Shown here: positions 11,439 to 19,319 of the stretch, in pieces
Numbering within the stretch: position 1 is the first letter of the stretch
How the letters are laid out: each line of letters begins with the position of its first letter
From: Patescibacteria group bacterium
GTDB lineage: Bacteria > Patescibacteriota > Patescibacteriia > UBA2591 > UBA4787
DNA length: 64,000 bases
Assembly: GCA_028715115.1 (NCBI GenBank)
Contig: JAQUSN010000001.1
Location: 191,067 to 255,066 of the forward strand
Direction of reading: 5' to 3'
Position numbers and translations under genes: made by a program
The notes under the pieces: generated by a model
Told to the model about the DNA's origin: nothing
Seen by the model: the letters and a program-made list of their open reading frames with translations, nothing else
Databases searched by the model: none

Positions 11439-11714
11439 ATGAATAAAGCTGAATTAATCGAACAGTTAGCCGGCAAGGTGGGCGCCGACTCCAAGGCCGA
11501 AGTCGGTCGTTGGATTGACGCTTTCGTTGATATGGTCATCGGCACCTTAAAGAAAGGCGACGAAGTCGCTATCGCTGGTTTTGGTACTTTTATAGCCAAG
11601 ACTCGCGCTGCTCGAACTGGTCGAAATCCAAAGACTGGAGAAAGCATTCAGATTAAAGCCACTAAGGTTCCAAAATTCAAGGCTGGAAAGGGCTTTAAAG
11701 ATGCTTTAAAATAA
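11439..11714 (+). CDS. hup: Histone-like DNA-binding protein HU
   Basis: 91 aa, [11 protein letters not shown]...GFGTF....[13 protein letters not shown]. An AGGAG-like SD lies upstream. Confidence 0.92.
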   Translation: MNKAELIEQLAGKVGADSKAEVGRWIDAFVDMVIGTLKKGDEVAIAGFGTFIAKTRAARTGRNPKTGESIQIKATKVPKFKAGKGFKDALK

Positions 11715-11745
11715 AAATTAAAGCCAAATCTTCAGTACTGAAAAT

Positions 11746-11782
11746 AAAATCCCTTATTTATTAAAAATAAGGGATTTTATTG
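11746..11782 (+). terminator. Rho-independent terminator after hup
   Basis: aaaatcccttattta/ttaaaaataagggatttt hairpin followed by a T-rich tail. Confidence 0.7.
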
Positions 11783-11995
11783 TTGGGCGAATAATTTTTT
11801 GTTTAAAAATATTTATAGTAAATTGGGAATATGCAAAAAGTAACCCTTCAGGCGCAGACTGTTCGGGGGGGGGTATTTTAGCTCTATTTAGTCCCCAGGT
11901 CTGTCGGCAGGCCTGGGGACGTTGAAGCTAAAATAAAACGGGAGTCGGCGACGAGCGCCTTCTCCCGCGTAGTTCCTCCATGGACTTCTTGTTTG

Positions 11996-13036
11996 TTATC
12001 CTCCCTGTCGATCCTTGCGCAACGCCAGGGCCAGCTTCGCGATACACTCAACGGCCTCTTCGCTTAGCGTGCCCGGATTACCGACCTGTTCCAGTTCTTC
12101 GCGTAGATCGGCGATGACGAGCTGGCGCACGGCCGGGCCTTCTGTTTCGGCTACGTGCACTTCTGCAGCGCGCGCTGTCTCTCTTCGTGCCTGGACCGAC
12201 GATGCTCCTCTCTTGCCTCCGCGATTCTTAGTCGAAACGCCGGCAAGATGACCCCGCCCTCCACCATTACTGCGCCATTCTTTCTCTGGTAGGAGGCTTT
12301 GGTCAACATCCACCAGTAACGAATCTGTAACGACGCCGAGTGCTGAGGCCATGCGCTGAATGGTCTCTATTGACGGCAGGGTGCCCGACTTCTTGAAGCT
12401 GACCCAGGCTGACTGAGGCCGGGCGGCATCGGGAGATATCGCCCTACCTATTACCAGGAGAGTGATCCCTTTTTCTGTCTTGGCCTCTTCGACGTTTCGG
12501 AGAAGCGCCTTCTTTGATTTCGCCTCTCCTTCTTGCGGTTTACGGGGCATAGAGCCCTTCCTTTCGATTGATACCCTTCTTGCCTTGGTGGTCTTTGCTC
12601 TTGTGTTCGGCCTTGTGTTGGCCGCCTTCACTGTTACTGTTTGTGGGTCAGGCGGATCAGCGGCGGTAGCCGTTGGCTTTGGGTTGGTTGCATCATCTTC
12701 TTGGGCTGGCGTAGTCTTTTTGGGGTCGTGCCCATTGTGCATTATAGCGCTCGGACTAATGCCCAAGCGCTGGCAACAGGCGAGAATCTGGTTGCTGGTT
12801 AATAGGTTCCAGGCAGTATCTCTGAGCCAGCTGTGCCAGACTTCAATCGGCCTGTCAGTCCTGGGGCTAACGATAAGTCCCATGGCCGCTTCGCCATACA
12901 TTCGCCGTTCAGCGGCGTCCAAAGCGATGGCTTCTCTCTCTACTCGCGCTGCTTCAAGCCTTCTGGCCACTAGCAGTTTTTGCGCTGTTCCGTCGTGGTT
13001 ATGATGGCCCGCCGCTTCTATTGGGGCCACACTCAT
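11996..13036 (-). CDS. GC-rich islet A: 346-aa protein with a central XRE/Cro-type helix-turn-helix segment
   Basis: Clean ORF at about 58% GC in a 35% GC backbone. The segment ...SAWVSFKKSGTLPSIETIQRMASALGVVTDSLL fits the XRE HTH pattern. It has a strong SD (AAAGGAGGTGTT-ATG) and a TTGACA promoter at 13092-13120. The function of the N- and C-terminal domains is unknown. Confidence 0.6.
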   Translation of the reverse strand: MSVAPIEAAGHHNHDGTAQKLLVARRLEAARVEREAIALDAAERRMYGEAAMGLIVSPRTDRPIEVWHSWLRDTAWNLLTSNQILACCQRLGISPSAIMHNGHDPKKTTPAQEDDATNPKPTATAADPPDPQTVTVKAANTRPNTRAKTTKARRVSIERKGSMPRKPQEGEAKSKKALLRNVEEAKTEKGITLLVIGRAISPDAARPQSAWVSFKKSGTLPSIETIQRMASALGVVTDSLLVDVDQSLLPEKEWRSNGGGRGHLAGVSTKNRGGKRGASSVQARRETARAAEVHVAETEGPAVRQLVIADLREELEQVGNPGTLSEEAVECIAKLALALRKDRQGG

Positions 13037-13091
13037 AACACCTCCTTTCTAAACAGACTTAGTCTTCAATGGAATTCCGAGTTATAAATAT

Positions 13092-13120
13092 AATTAACCA
13101 TTTTTAGCCGACTTTGTCAA
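13092..13120 (-). promoter_or_regulatory. Promoter of islet-A gene (TTGACA-17-TTAATT, minus strand)
   Basis: The reverse complement reads cTTGACAaagtcggctaaaaatggTTAATT, followed by the SD and ATG at 13036. Confidence 0.5.
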
Positions 13121-13130
13121 GTTAAAATAA

Positions 13131-13157
13131 AAATACCCCTAAGGGGCATTTTTGGTA
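13131..13157 (-). terminator. Terminator of the SDR gene (hairpin aaatacccctaaggggcattttt)
   Basis: GC stem with a T-run on the minus strand, immediately 3' of the SDR stop. It is paralogous to the hairpin at 13924-13950. Confidence 0.6.
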
Positions 13158-13194
13158 CTGAGTAGTTCAAGGTAAGAACTGCTATTTTCAGCTT

Positions 13195-13875
13195 TTATGC
13201 CAATCTTCTTTTTTTGCGGTTAATGGTTATGTCTGTTATTTCTATCTGTTTTGGTAATTTTAGTAAATATAAAACTATATTAGCCACATCGTTTGGGTCC
13301 ATCCACTCCGATGGGTCTTCTATTTTTTTTCTATAGTCTTTTTCGTGCATCTGTGTATTCATACCGCCACAGTGAATATATATCATTCTACTTTTTGTGT
13401 TTACTAGCTCTAGGCCGATATTATATGAGCCACCCCTTAGTCCATATTTAGTAGACGTATATGCTAGTTGATCATTAAATCCGGCCTTAAGGTCTGCCGT
13501 TGTGCCTATATTCAATATATCTGCTTCGTTTTTTACAATATTATCAAATAGAGAAGATATGAAATAGAGTGGTGCAATCGTGTTTATTTTAAATGCCCTT
13601 TCGAATTTAAGATATGTAATTTCGTTTATCTTTTCTCTACCCACAATTGCGGCACAGTTTATTATTGCGCTAAAATCATCATATTTTTCTTTTATTATAT
13701 TAACGGCATCGTTAATATTTTCTTCTTTAGATAAATCACAGGCGATATTAATAACACCAGATATATTACAAGGCGTTCTGCTTATATTAATTACCTCTAC
13801 CTCTTTTTTTACACACAAATCGGCGATTGCTTTACCGAGACCATCGCTAGCTCCTAATATGATTATTTTTTTCAT
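13195..13875 (-). CDS. Short-chain dehydrogenase/reductase (SDR) family oxidoreductase
   Basis: N-terminal ILGASDGLGKAIA (TGxxxGxG NAD(P)-binding motif) and a catalytic YTSTK (YxxxK) motif. GC is very low, about 28%. Confidence 0.75.
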   Translation of the reverse strand: MKKIIILGASDGLGKAIADLCVKKEVEVINISRTPCNISGVINIACDLSKEENINDAVNIIKEKYDDFSAIINCAAIVGREKINEITYLKFERAFKINTIAPLYFISSLFDNIVKNEADILNIGTTADLKAGFNDQLAYTSTKYGLRGGSYNIGLELVNTKSRMIYIHCGGMNTQMHEKDYRKKIEDPSEWMDPNDVANIVLYLLKLPKQIEITDITINRKKRRLA

Positions 13876-13923
13876 ATTTTTATTTAAATCAATTTTTAAG
13901 ATTTTGTCAAGAAGTTTTTATAA

Positions 13924-13950
13924 AACAATAAAATGCCCCTTAGTGGCATT
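13924..13950 (-). terminator. Hairpin downstream of tRNA-Lys (aaaatgccccttagtggcatt)
   Basis: Stem-loop at the tRNA 3' end on the minus strand followed by a T-rich tract. It is a sequence relative of the 13131-13157 hairpin. Confidence 0.5.
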
Positions 13951-13951
13951 C

Positions 13952-14027
13952 TGGTGCGCGTGGGAGGATTCGAACCCCCGACCTTCTCCTTAAGAGGGAG
14001 CAGCTCTACCAACTGAGCTACACGCGC
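13952..14027 (-). tRNA. tRNA-Lys (anticodon CUU)
   Basis: The reverse complement gives a cloverleaf GCGCGTG-TA-GCTCAGTTGGTAGAGC-...CTCTTAA...GGTTCGAATCC...CACGCGC-A-CCA. The anticodon loop CUCUUAA carries CUU and the CCA tail is encoded. Confidence 0.85.
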
Positions 14028-14095
14028 GCATTGGTCTTTTAAAATAATTTACCCCGCCTCGATTTATCCGTTCGCTGGCGGACTGAAGACTTATA

Positions 14096-14167
14096 TGCCC
14101 TCAAGAGGATTCGAACCTCTAATCTCAGCTTCGAAGGCTGATGTGATATCCATTTCACCATGAGGGC
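14096..14167 (-). tRNA. tRNA-Arg (anticodon UCG)
   Basis: Reverse complement GCCCTCA-TG-GTGAAATGGATATCAC-A-TCAGC-CTTCGAA-GCTGA-GATT-AGAGGTTCGAATCCTCT-TGAGGGC-A. The anticodon loop CUUCGAA carries UCG. Confidence 0.8.
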
Positions 14168-14190
14168 CTAGGTTTTAGCGGTGGTTTACT

Positions 14191-15243
14191 TTATTTAATA
14201 ATTAATTCCGGATATAAAGTATGAGCTAAGGCCACCTCACGAGTGATAAGTCCTTGTTTTAAAAGTTGGTTAAGAGATTGTTCAATACTGATCATACCTT
14301 CTTGTCCGCCGGTTTGTAGTACTGACTTTAACTGATTAACTTTATTTTCACGAATTAAATTACTAACAGCTGTATTGTTGATTAAAATTTCTCTTGCCGC
14401 GATTCGCCCACCGTCTTGTTTGGCCAATAAGTGTTGAGCAATAACGGCTCGTAAAGCCAAGGCTAATTGCAAACGAATTTGCGTTTGTTGGTGTGGCGGG
14501 AAGACGTCAATAACACGATCAATAGTCTGGGGGGCGTTTGGTGTGTGAAGGGTGGCGAGGATTAGGTGCCCGGTTTCGGCCAGGGTAAGCGCCAGAGAAA
14601 TAGTTTCCAGATCTCTCATTTCGCCAACCATAATTACATTTGGATCTTGACGAACGATGCGTTTTAAGCCGTCAGCAAAAGAGAGCATGTCTTTACCGAG
14701 TTCGCGCTGCGAAACAATACTTTTGTCTGGTGTAAAAACAAATTCAATTGGATCTTCTAGGGTGATAATATTGCAAATCCTGTTTTGATTAATGTAATTA
14801 ATCATAGCGGCCATGGTTGTGGATTTACCGCAACCAGTTGGGCCAGTGACAATAATTAAGCCATTGTGCAGTTTGGTTAATTCTTTAGTAATGGGCGGCA
14901 TATCAATTTCATCCATATCTGGAACGTGCGGCCAAATAATGCGCGCAGCCAGGGCTAGATTGTTTTTCTCCCAATAAAGGTTAATACGGAAACGGGCGCA
15001 GTCATCGAGCTTAAAAGATAAGTCTAACTCTTTATTATTAAAAATTTCTATTTTTTGTTTTTTGTCGATAATCGGAGCGACTAAATTAATAATGTCTTGA
15101 TTGGTCAAGATTGGCCCATTTATTCGCTGCAAAACTCCATCGACACGAAAAACAGGCGGACAATTTGCCAATAAATGAACATCGGACGCTTTTTGATTTA
15201 CTGCTTGTTGAAAAATTTGCTGAAGACTTAAGTTCATAGCCAT
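14191..15243 (-). CDS. pilT: Type IV pilus retraction (twitching motility) ATPase PilT
   Basis: 350 aa, Walker A GPTGCGKSTT, and PilT/GspE family boxes (RQDPNVIMVGEMRD, tetracysteine-free PilT type). Confidence 0.8.
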   Translation of the reverse strand: MAMNLSLQQIFQQAVNQKASDVHLLANCPPVFRVDGVLQRINGPILTNQDIINLVAPIIDKKQKIEIFNNKELDLSFKLDDCARFRINLYWEKNNLALAARIIWPHVPDMDEIDMPPITKELTKLHNGLIIVTGPTGCGKSTTMAAMINYINQNRICNIITLEDPIEFVFTPDKSIVSQRELGKDMLSFADGLKRIVRQDPNVIMVGEMRDLETISLALTLAETGHLILATLHTPNAPQTIDRVIDVFPPHQQTQIRLQLALALRAVIAQHLLAKQDGGRIAAREILINNTAVSNLIRENKVNQLKSVLQTGGQEGMISIEQSLNQLLKQGLITREVALAHTLYPELIIK

Positions 15244-15292
15244 TAAATTTATATTTATAAATTTAAACTAAAAATTCGGCCAGAACCGAACT

Positions 15293-15850
15293 TTAGACTC
15301 TTTCAACGTATTCTCCGGTTTCTGTGTTGATTCTTAGCACATCATTTTCTTTAATAAAGAGCGGGGCGTTAACTTTTAATCCGGTTTCTAGTGTTATTTG
15401 TTTCATAATATTGGTGGCTGAGTCGCCGCGCACTCCGGGCGGAGCGTCAACAACCTTAAGCTCAACCTTTTTCGGCAATTCAATATTAATCGGATTTTGG
15501 TTAAAAAGGACAATTATTACTTCTTGACCATCTTTTAGATATTTTTCTTTGCCGGCCAAAATACTTTTATTTAATCCCAACTGTTCATAGGTTGTCATGT
15601 TCATTAAGTAGACATTATGGTCGTCTTGATAGAGATAGTTGGCTTTAGCTCGCTCTACGTCGGCCTCTTTAACCTGATCGCCAGCATTAAAGGTTTTTTC
15701 CATGGTGACGCCAGAAATCAGATTTTTTAATTTAGTACGCACAAAAGCACGGCGCTGAGCAGTGCGCGCGTGTTGTGACTCTAAGACGATATATGGTTGG
15801 CCCTCTAATTCAATTATTGAACCAACCCTTTTTAATTCATTAATATCCAT
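15293..15850 (-). CDS. efp: Elongation factor P
   Basis: 185 aa, MDINELKRVGSIIELEGQPYIVLE...KPGKG.AFVRTKL-like EF-P signature. Confidence 0.9.
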   Translation of the reverse strand: MDINELKRVGSIIELEGQPYIVLESQHARTAQRRAFVRTKLKNLISGVTMEKTFNAGDQVKEADVERAKANYLYQDDHNVYLMNMTTYEQLGLNKSILAGKEKYLKDGQEVIIVLFNQNPINIELPKKVELKVVDAPPGVRGDSATNIMKQITLETGLKVNAPLFIKENDVLRINTETGEYVERV

Positions 15851-15859
15851 TGTTTAATT

Positions 15860-16084
15860 CTATTTTTTTATAAATGGTAAAAGCCCCATAATTCTTGCTC
15901 TTTTAATAGCCGTGGCCAATTTTCTTTGGTGTTTGGCACAGGTGCCTCTTTTACGTCGAGGTAAAATTTTGTGATAAGAAGAAAGAAAACGCCTTAAAAG
16001 ATCAACGTCTTTGTAGTCGATTTGATTAACGTGATTCAAGCAAAAATAACAGTGCTTTTGTTCTTGACTATTATTCATGTTCAT
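15860..16084 (-). CDS. rpsR: 30S ribosomal protein S18
   Basis: 74 aa, CYFC...[14 protein letters not shown]...[29 protein letters not shown]. Confidence 0.88.
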   Translation of the reverse strand: MNMNNSQEQKHCYFCLNHVNQIDYKDVDLLRRFLSSYHKILPRRKRGTCAKHQRKLATAIKRARIMGLLPFIKK

Positions 16085-16102
16085 ATTTTTTATTTAATTA
16101 AT

Positions 16103-16546
16103 TTAAAAAGGAATTTCATCCGGACTGATTTCTTCTTCTAGAGAAGATCCTTGATTCGGGGTTGCCTCAACTGGCTCAAAACTTTCTTCTGATTCTGCTT
16201 GATTGGCGCTAGCGCCGCTAGCCTTTGGCCCGATCTGTAAGCGTTCGGCAACTATTTCTGTGCGATAATGCTTTACTCCTTGTGGGTCTTGCCAGTTGCG
16301 AGTTTGAATACGGCCTTCAATATAAGCTAGGCTGCCCTTGGTTAAAAATTTTTGAGCGATTTCAGCTAAACGGCCCCAGACAACGATATTATGGAATTCG
16401 GCTGATTTTTGTTTTTGGCCATTACGATCGGTCCAAAAACGATTGGTCGCCATACCAAAAGAAGCAACATTTTGTCCGCTGGGCGTAGTGCGAATTTCCG
16501 GCGCTTTGGTTAAACGGCCGATGATTAAAGCTTTATTAAGATCCAT
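16103..16546 (-). CDS. ssb: Single-stranded DNA-binding protein
   Basis: OB-fold SSB sequence with an acidic C-terminal tail ...EEEISPDEIPF. Confidence 0.88.
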   Translation of the reverse strand: MDLNKALIIGRLTKAPEIRTTPSGQNVASFGMATNRFWTDRNGQKQKSAEFHNIVVWGRLAEIAQKFLTKGSLAYIEGRIQTRNWQDPQGVKHYRTEIVAERLQIGPKASGASANQAESEESFEPVEATPNQGSSLEEEISPDEIPF

Positions 16547-16563
16547 AGAAATAATTTTAATTA

Positions 16564-17010
16564 TTAGATTTCTAATAATTCATCAATTTTATCATCAATA
16601 CTCTTAAATTCTTGTTTTTCTTCTTTGGGTTCTTCTTTTGGTTCTTCGTCAATGCTTGTCGTTTCTGTGTCGGCAGGTTTTTTGGCGGAAGGTTTTCTTT
16701 TGTGGGTTGGCGCGGGCTTTTTATATTCTACAAAATCGGTGATTTGAAAACGCAAAACCTCAGGAGTTAATTTTAATTTTTCTTCGATTTTTTTGATAGT
16801 CTCGCCCTCGGCCTCAAAATTAACCAAGACATAAAAACCGCGCTTAATTGTTTTGATTGGATAAGCCAATTTTTTATTATCAAGGTTTTCTTCGCTAATT
16901 ATTTTTGCTCCTTGTTCTTCAAGGATTTTAGCGACGTTTTTTTGGATTTCCGGCGCGTCGGTTTCGGTAAACGGCGAAGGAATGATGTATAAAATTTCGT
17001 ATTTTTTCAT
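16564..17010 (-). CDS. rpsF: 30S ribosomal protein S6
   Basis: MKKYEILYII...AYPIKTIKRGFYVLVNFE with an acidic C-terminal extension. It is part of the rpsF-ssb-rpsR operon. Confidence 0.88.
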   Translation of the reverse strand: MKKYEILYIIPSPFTETDAPEIQKNVAKILEEQGAKIISEENLDNKKLAYPIKTIKRGFYVLVNFEAEGETIKKIEEKLKLTPEVLRFQITDFVEYKKPAPTHKRKPSAKKPADTETTSIDEEPKEEPKEEKQEFKSIDDKIDELLEI

Positions 17011-17131
17011 GCCAAAATTATTAAAAAATTAAGAATACGGTTCGTAAATTTTTTCCATAATTTTGTGCACCCCGCCAAGGCGGGGTATCTTAATTATGGT
17101 TAAAATGTTAAACGACTCACTTCAGGTTTAA

Positions 17132-17160
17132 ATTCTAATAAAATCTTAATAAAAAGTCAA
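17132..17160 (-). promoter_or_regulatory. Promoter of the rpsF-ssb-rpsR operon (TTGACT-17-TAGAAT, minus strand)
   Basis: The reverse complement of 17132-17160 reads ggtcTTGACTttttattaagattttatTAGAAT. Confidence 0.5.
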
Positions 17161-17212
17161 GACCAATTAGGGCAATCTTGAAATTTATTAAAAGAAGAGT
17201 ACAATAATTGTT

Positions 17213-18445
17213 ATGTATTGCTTTATTCTAGGCCATAATCCAACTTTGTCAAGCATTGAAATCGCCAAAGTGTTGAGCGGAGATTTTAACTTAATTGAGT
17301 TATCGCCAGAGGTGATGATTGCTGATTGGCACAAAAAGATTAATGCAAAAGAGTTGCAAAATCAGTTGGGCGGGACGATAAAAATAGGCGAAATTATCTC
17401 AGAGATTGATCTCGGGATAAACGAAGCCGTTGTTGCTAAAATCAGCGATGAATTAATTAAAATCGGCGCTAGTTCAAAAAAGGTGTTTTTTGGTTTCAGC
17501 CTTTATTTATTGGACAAAAAGATTAATCCAGAGCTAATTAATGGGCAGCTCAAAAAATTAGCTATGCAAGTCAAGAAAGAGCTACAGACAAAAAAAATAC
17601 CGGCTCGCTGGGTTAGTTCTCGGGAAAGGGTCCTATCATCGGTTATTGTGCAAAAAAATAAACTATTGACACAGGGCGCCGAATTTTGTTTTTTAGTCGG
17701 CAGCCAGAAAATATATTTAGCCAGAACTTTAAGCTGCCAAGAATTTGCCGAATACGGATTTTATGATTTTGGCCGACCCGCTCGTTCAATGAAACAGGGT
17801 ATGTTGCCGCCAAAATTAGCCAAGATGATGATTAATTTAACTCAAGCTAAAAAAGATGACTTTATTTTAGATCCGTTTTGCGGCGCCGGAACCGTTTTGC
17901 AAGAAGCGATAAAAATGGGCTATCATAATTTAATCGGCAGCGATATAGACGATCAGGCCATTGAACGAACTAATAAAAATATTAAATGGTTGGTTGAGCA
18001 ATTAAATCTTAAAATAGACAAAGGAACGGTTAATGTTTTTGCTTCCGACGTTCGCACCTTAGCCAAAACCTTATCTGCTAATTCAGTGGCAGCTATTGTA
18101 ACTGAGCCGTACCTTGGTCCGATTGATAAGGCGCGAATAGGCCATGAGATTTCAAAAGTTATCGTGGAGTTGAGCCATTTATATCTTCTGGCCTTTAAAC
18201 AATTCGATAAAATTTTGAAAAAAGATGGTTGTATTGTGATGATTTTTCCGGCCTATAAAATAGGCGGACATTTGCATTTTTTGCCGATCTTAGAAGCGCT
18301 CAAAGAACAGGGCTGGAGAATTATTAATCCGGTGCCAGAAAAATTTAAAAACAATCAAGCCATTCGCTTAAGCGACCGGCAATCAATTATTTATTCGCGT
18401 CAAGATCAGCACGTGCTAAGAGAAATTTTTGTTTTTAAAAAATAA
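17213..18445 (+). CDS. SAM-dependent methyltransferase, RlmL/Trm11-like (putative RNA guanine-N2 methyltransferase)
   Basis: 410 aa. Motif I is ILDPFCGAGTVLQEA and there is a motif IV-like VTEPYLG. The N-terminal domain is of the kind found in UPF0020/THUMP-associated RNA methylases. The mRNA appears leaderless or near-leaderless (TACAAT 7 nt before the ATG). Confidence 0.5.
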   Translation: MYCFILGHNPTLSSIEIAKVLSGDFNLIELSPEVMIADWHKKINAKELQNQLGGTIKIGEIISEIDLGINEAVVAKISDELIKIGASSKKVFFGFSLYLLDKKINPELINGQLKKLAMQVKKELQTKKIPARWVSSRERVLSSVIVQKNKLLTQGAEFCFLVGSQKIYLARTLSCQEFAEYGFYDFGRPARSMKQGMLPPKLAKMMINLTQAKKDDFILDPFCGAGTVLQEAIKMGYHNLIGSDIDDQAIERTNKNIKWLVEQLNLKIDKGTVNVFASDVRTLAKTLSANSVAAIVTEPYLGPIDKARIGHEISKVIVELSHLYLLAFKQFDKILKKDGCIVMIFPAYKIGGHLHFLPILEALKEQGWRIINPVPEKFKNNQAIRLSDRQSIIYSRQDQHVLREIFVFKK

Positions 18446-18493
18446 AAGTAAAAAAAGACGATAAGGGCAATTTGCTATCTATTTTTATTATTG

Positions 18494-18523
18494 ATCACCA
18501 CGCCAAAATTTTGGCGTGGTGAT
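18494..18523. promoter_or_regulatory. Perfect 30-bp palindrome (candidate operator) abutting the -35 of the islet-B promoter
   Basis: ATCACCACGCCAAAATTTTGGCGTGGTGAT has 15-bp perfect arms. The last base overlaps TTGACA (18523-18528). No U-run follows on either strand, so a terminator role is less likely than a protein-binding site. Confidence 0.45.
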
Positions 18524-18550
18524 TGACAAAAAGCAAAAAATATCTAAAAT
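18523..18550 (+). promoter_or_regulatory. Promoter of islet-B gene (TTGACA-16-TAAAAT)
   Basis: ttgacaaaaagcaaaaaatatcTAAAAT. The TSS is about 18557, about 20 nt before the ATG at 18577. Confidence 0.6.
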
Positions 18551-18576
18551 ATACCTAAGTCTAAATGGAGGAACCA

Positions 18577-19236
18577 ATGACTTTTCGACAGTTTGTTTGT
18601 CGGGCTTCACAGATGACCACAGCGGAGAGGGGCGTCTACTTTCTTTCGCTAAGAGCTGATCTTTTCTGGGATGTTGAGCTGAGCCCAGCCCAACGCGCTG
18701 AAACCCTGCTTTGGTTAGAGAGCCATAGATACGGGTTTGTTCGGGGTCAACCGAGGGTCTTAACTCGAGTTCCTTCCCGGGAACAATCGGAGAAGAGGTG
18801 GCGACGAGAGCGACGCCGGCTGATTATGGCCAGTAGGCCGTATTATCGGTTTTGTTGTCCGTTTTGCCGGACCAAAATCATCGTGCGGCATGAACTTTGT
18901 GCTGGCGACCGGGTCAGATGTCGGAGTTGCGGCGAAGAATCGCAATATCTACATTCTGGCATCCGGCCTGGCACGGTCTTCGGCTCACTGGTTTTTACTG
19001 ATGACGGATCTTTCCGTTGTCCGGTTTGCGCCGAGTTGACGCCAAGCCAGCGCGACAAAAAACACAAAGAGGCAATCGTCTGTAGCTTCTGTAAGTCAGA
19101 GTTCACTAAACACGTGGATTCCCCTGAAGTGGCCAACGGACGAGATCCTCACGGCGTGATCTTTGTGCTTGCCGGCCCGATATTTCATCACCTTCTCGTG
19201 ATGCAAACTCCGCCCGCCCTGTCGGTTCAGCAATGA
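18577..19236 (+). CDS. GC-rich islet B: Cys-rich protein with four CxxC pairs (two predicted zinc ribbons)
   Basis: CPFC...CRSC...CPVC...CSFC motifs at about 56% GC. GGAGG lies 5 nt before the ATG at 18577; the track start at 18565 (the ATG inside ATGGAGG) is unlikely. No recognisable family. Confidence 0.55.
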   Translation: MTFRQFVCRASQMTTAERGVYFLSLRADLFWDVELSPAQRAETLLWLESHRYGFVRGQPRVLTRVPSREQSEKRWRRERRRLIMASRPYYRFCCPFCRTKIIVRHELCAGDRVRCRSCGEESQYLHSGIRPGTVFGSLVFTDDGSFRCPVCAELTPSQRDKKHKEAIVCSFCKSEFTKHVDSPEVANGRDPHGVIFVLAGPIFHHLLVMQTPPALSVQQ

Positions 19237-19264
19237 CCCGCTCGGCGGGCCATTGCTTTTAAAG

Positions 19265-19296
19265 AAAAAGACGGAATTAATGTCCGTCTTTTTCTT
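19265..19296. terminator. Bidirectional intrinsic terminator between the islet-B gene and recA
   Basis: aaaaagacgga-attaatg-tccgtcttttt hairpin with U-runs on both strands. Confidence 0.7.
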
Positions 19297-19319
19297 AATG
19301 TCATAAAGGACATTTCGAC

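Noticed and set aside
12015-13004. Long plus-strand ORFs (12015..12251, 12462..13004) inside the GC-rich islet A
   Set aside because: They are antisense to the well-supported 346-aa minus-strand gene. GC-rich DNA yields long open frames on all strands. No promoter or SD is present.
13580-13993. 137-aa plus-strand ORF
   Set aside because: Antisense to the SDR gene and running into tRNA-Lys. Low-complexity Ile/Phe-rich translation from AT-rich DNA.
18760-19136. Antisense ORFs (18760..18945, 18843..19136) within the islet-B gene and ORF 19096..19368 spanning the terminator
   Set aside because: No expression signals. They overlap a better-supported gene or an intrinsic terminator.
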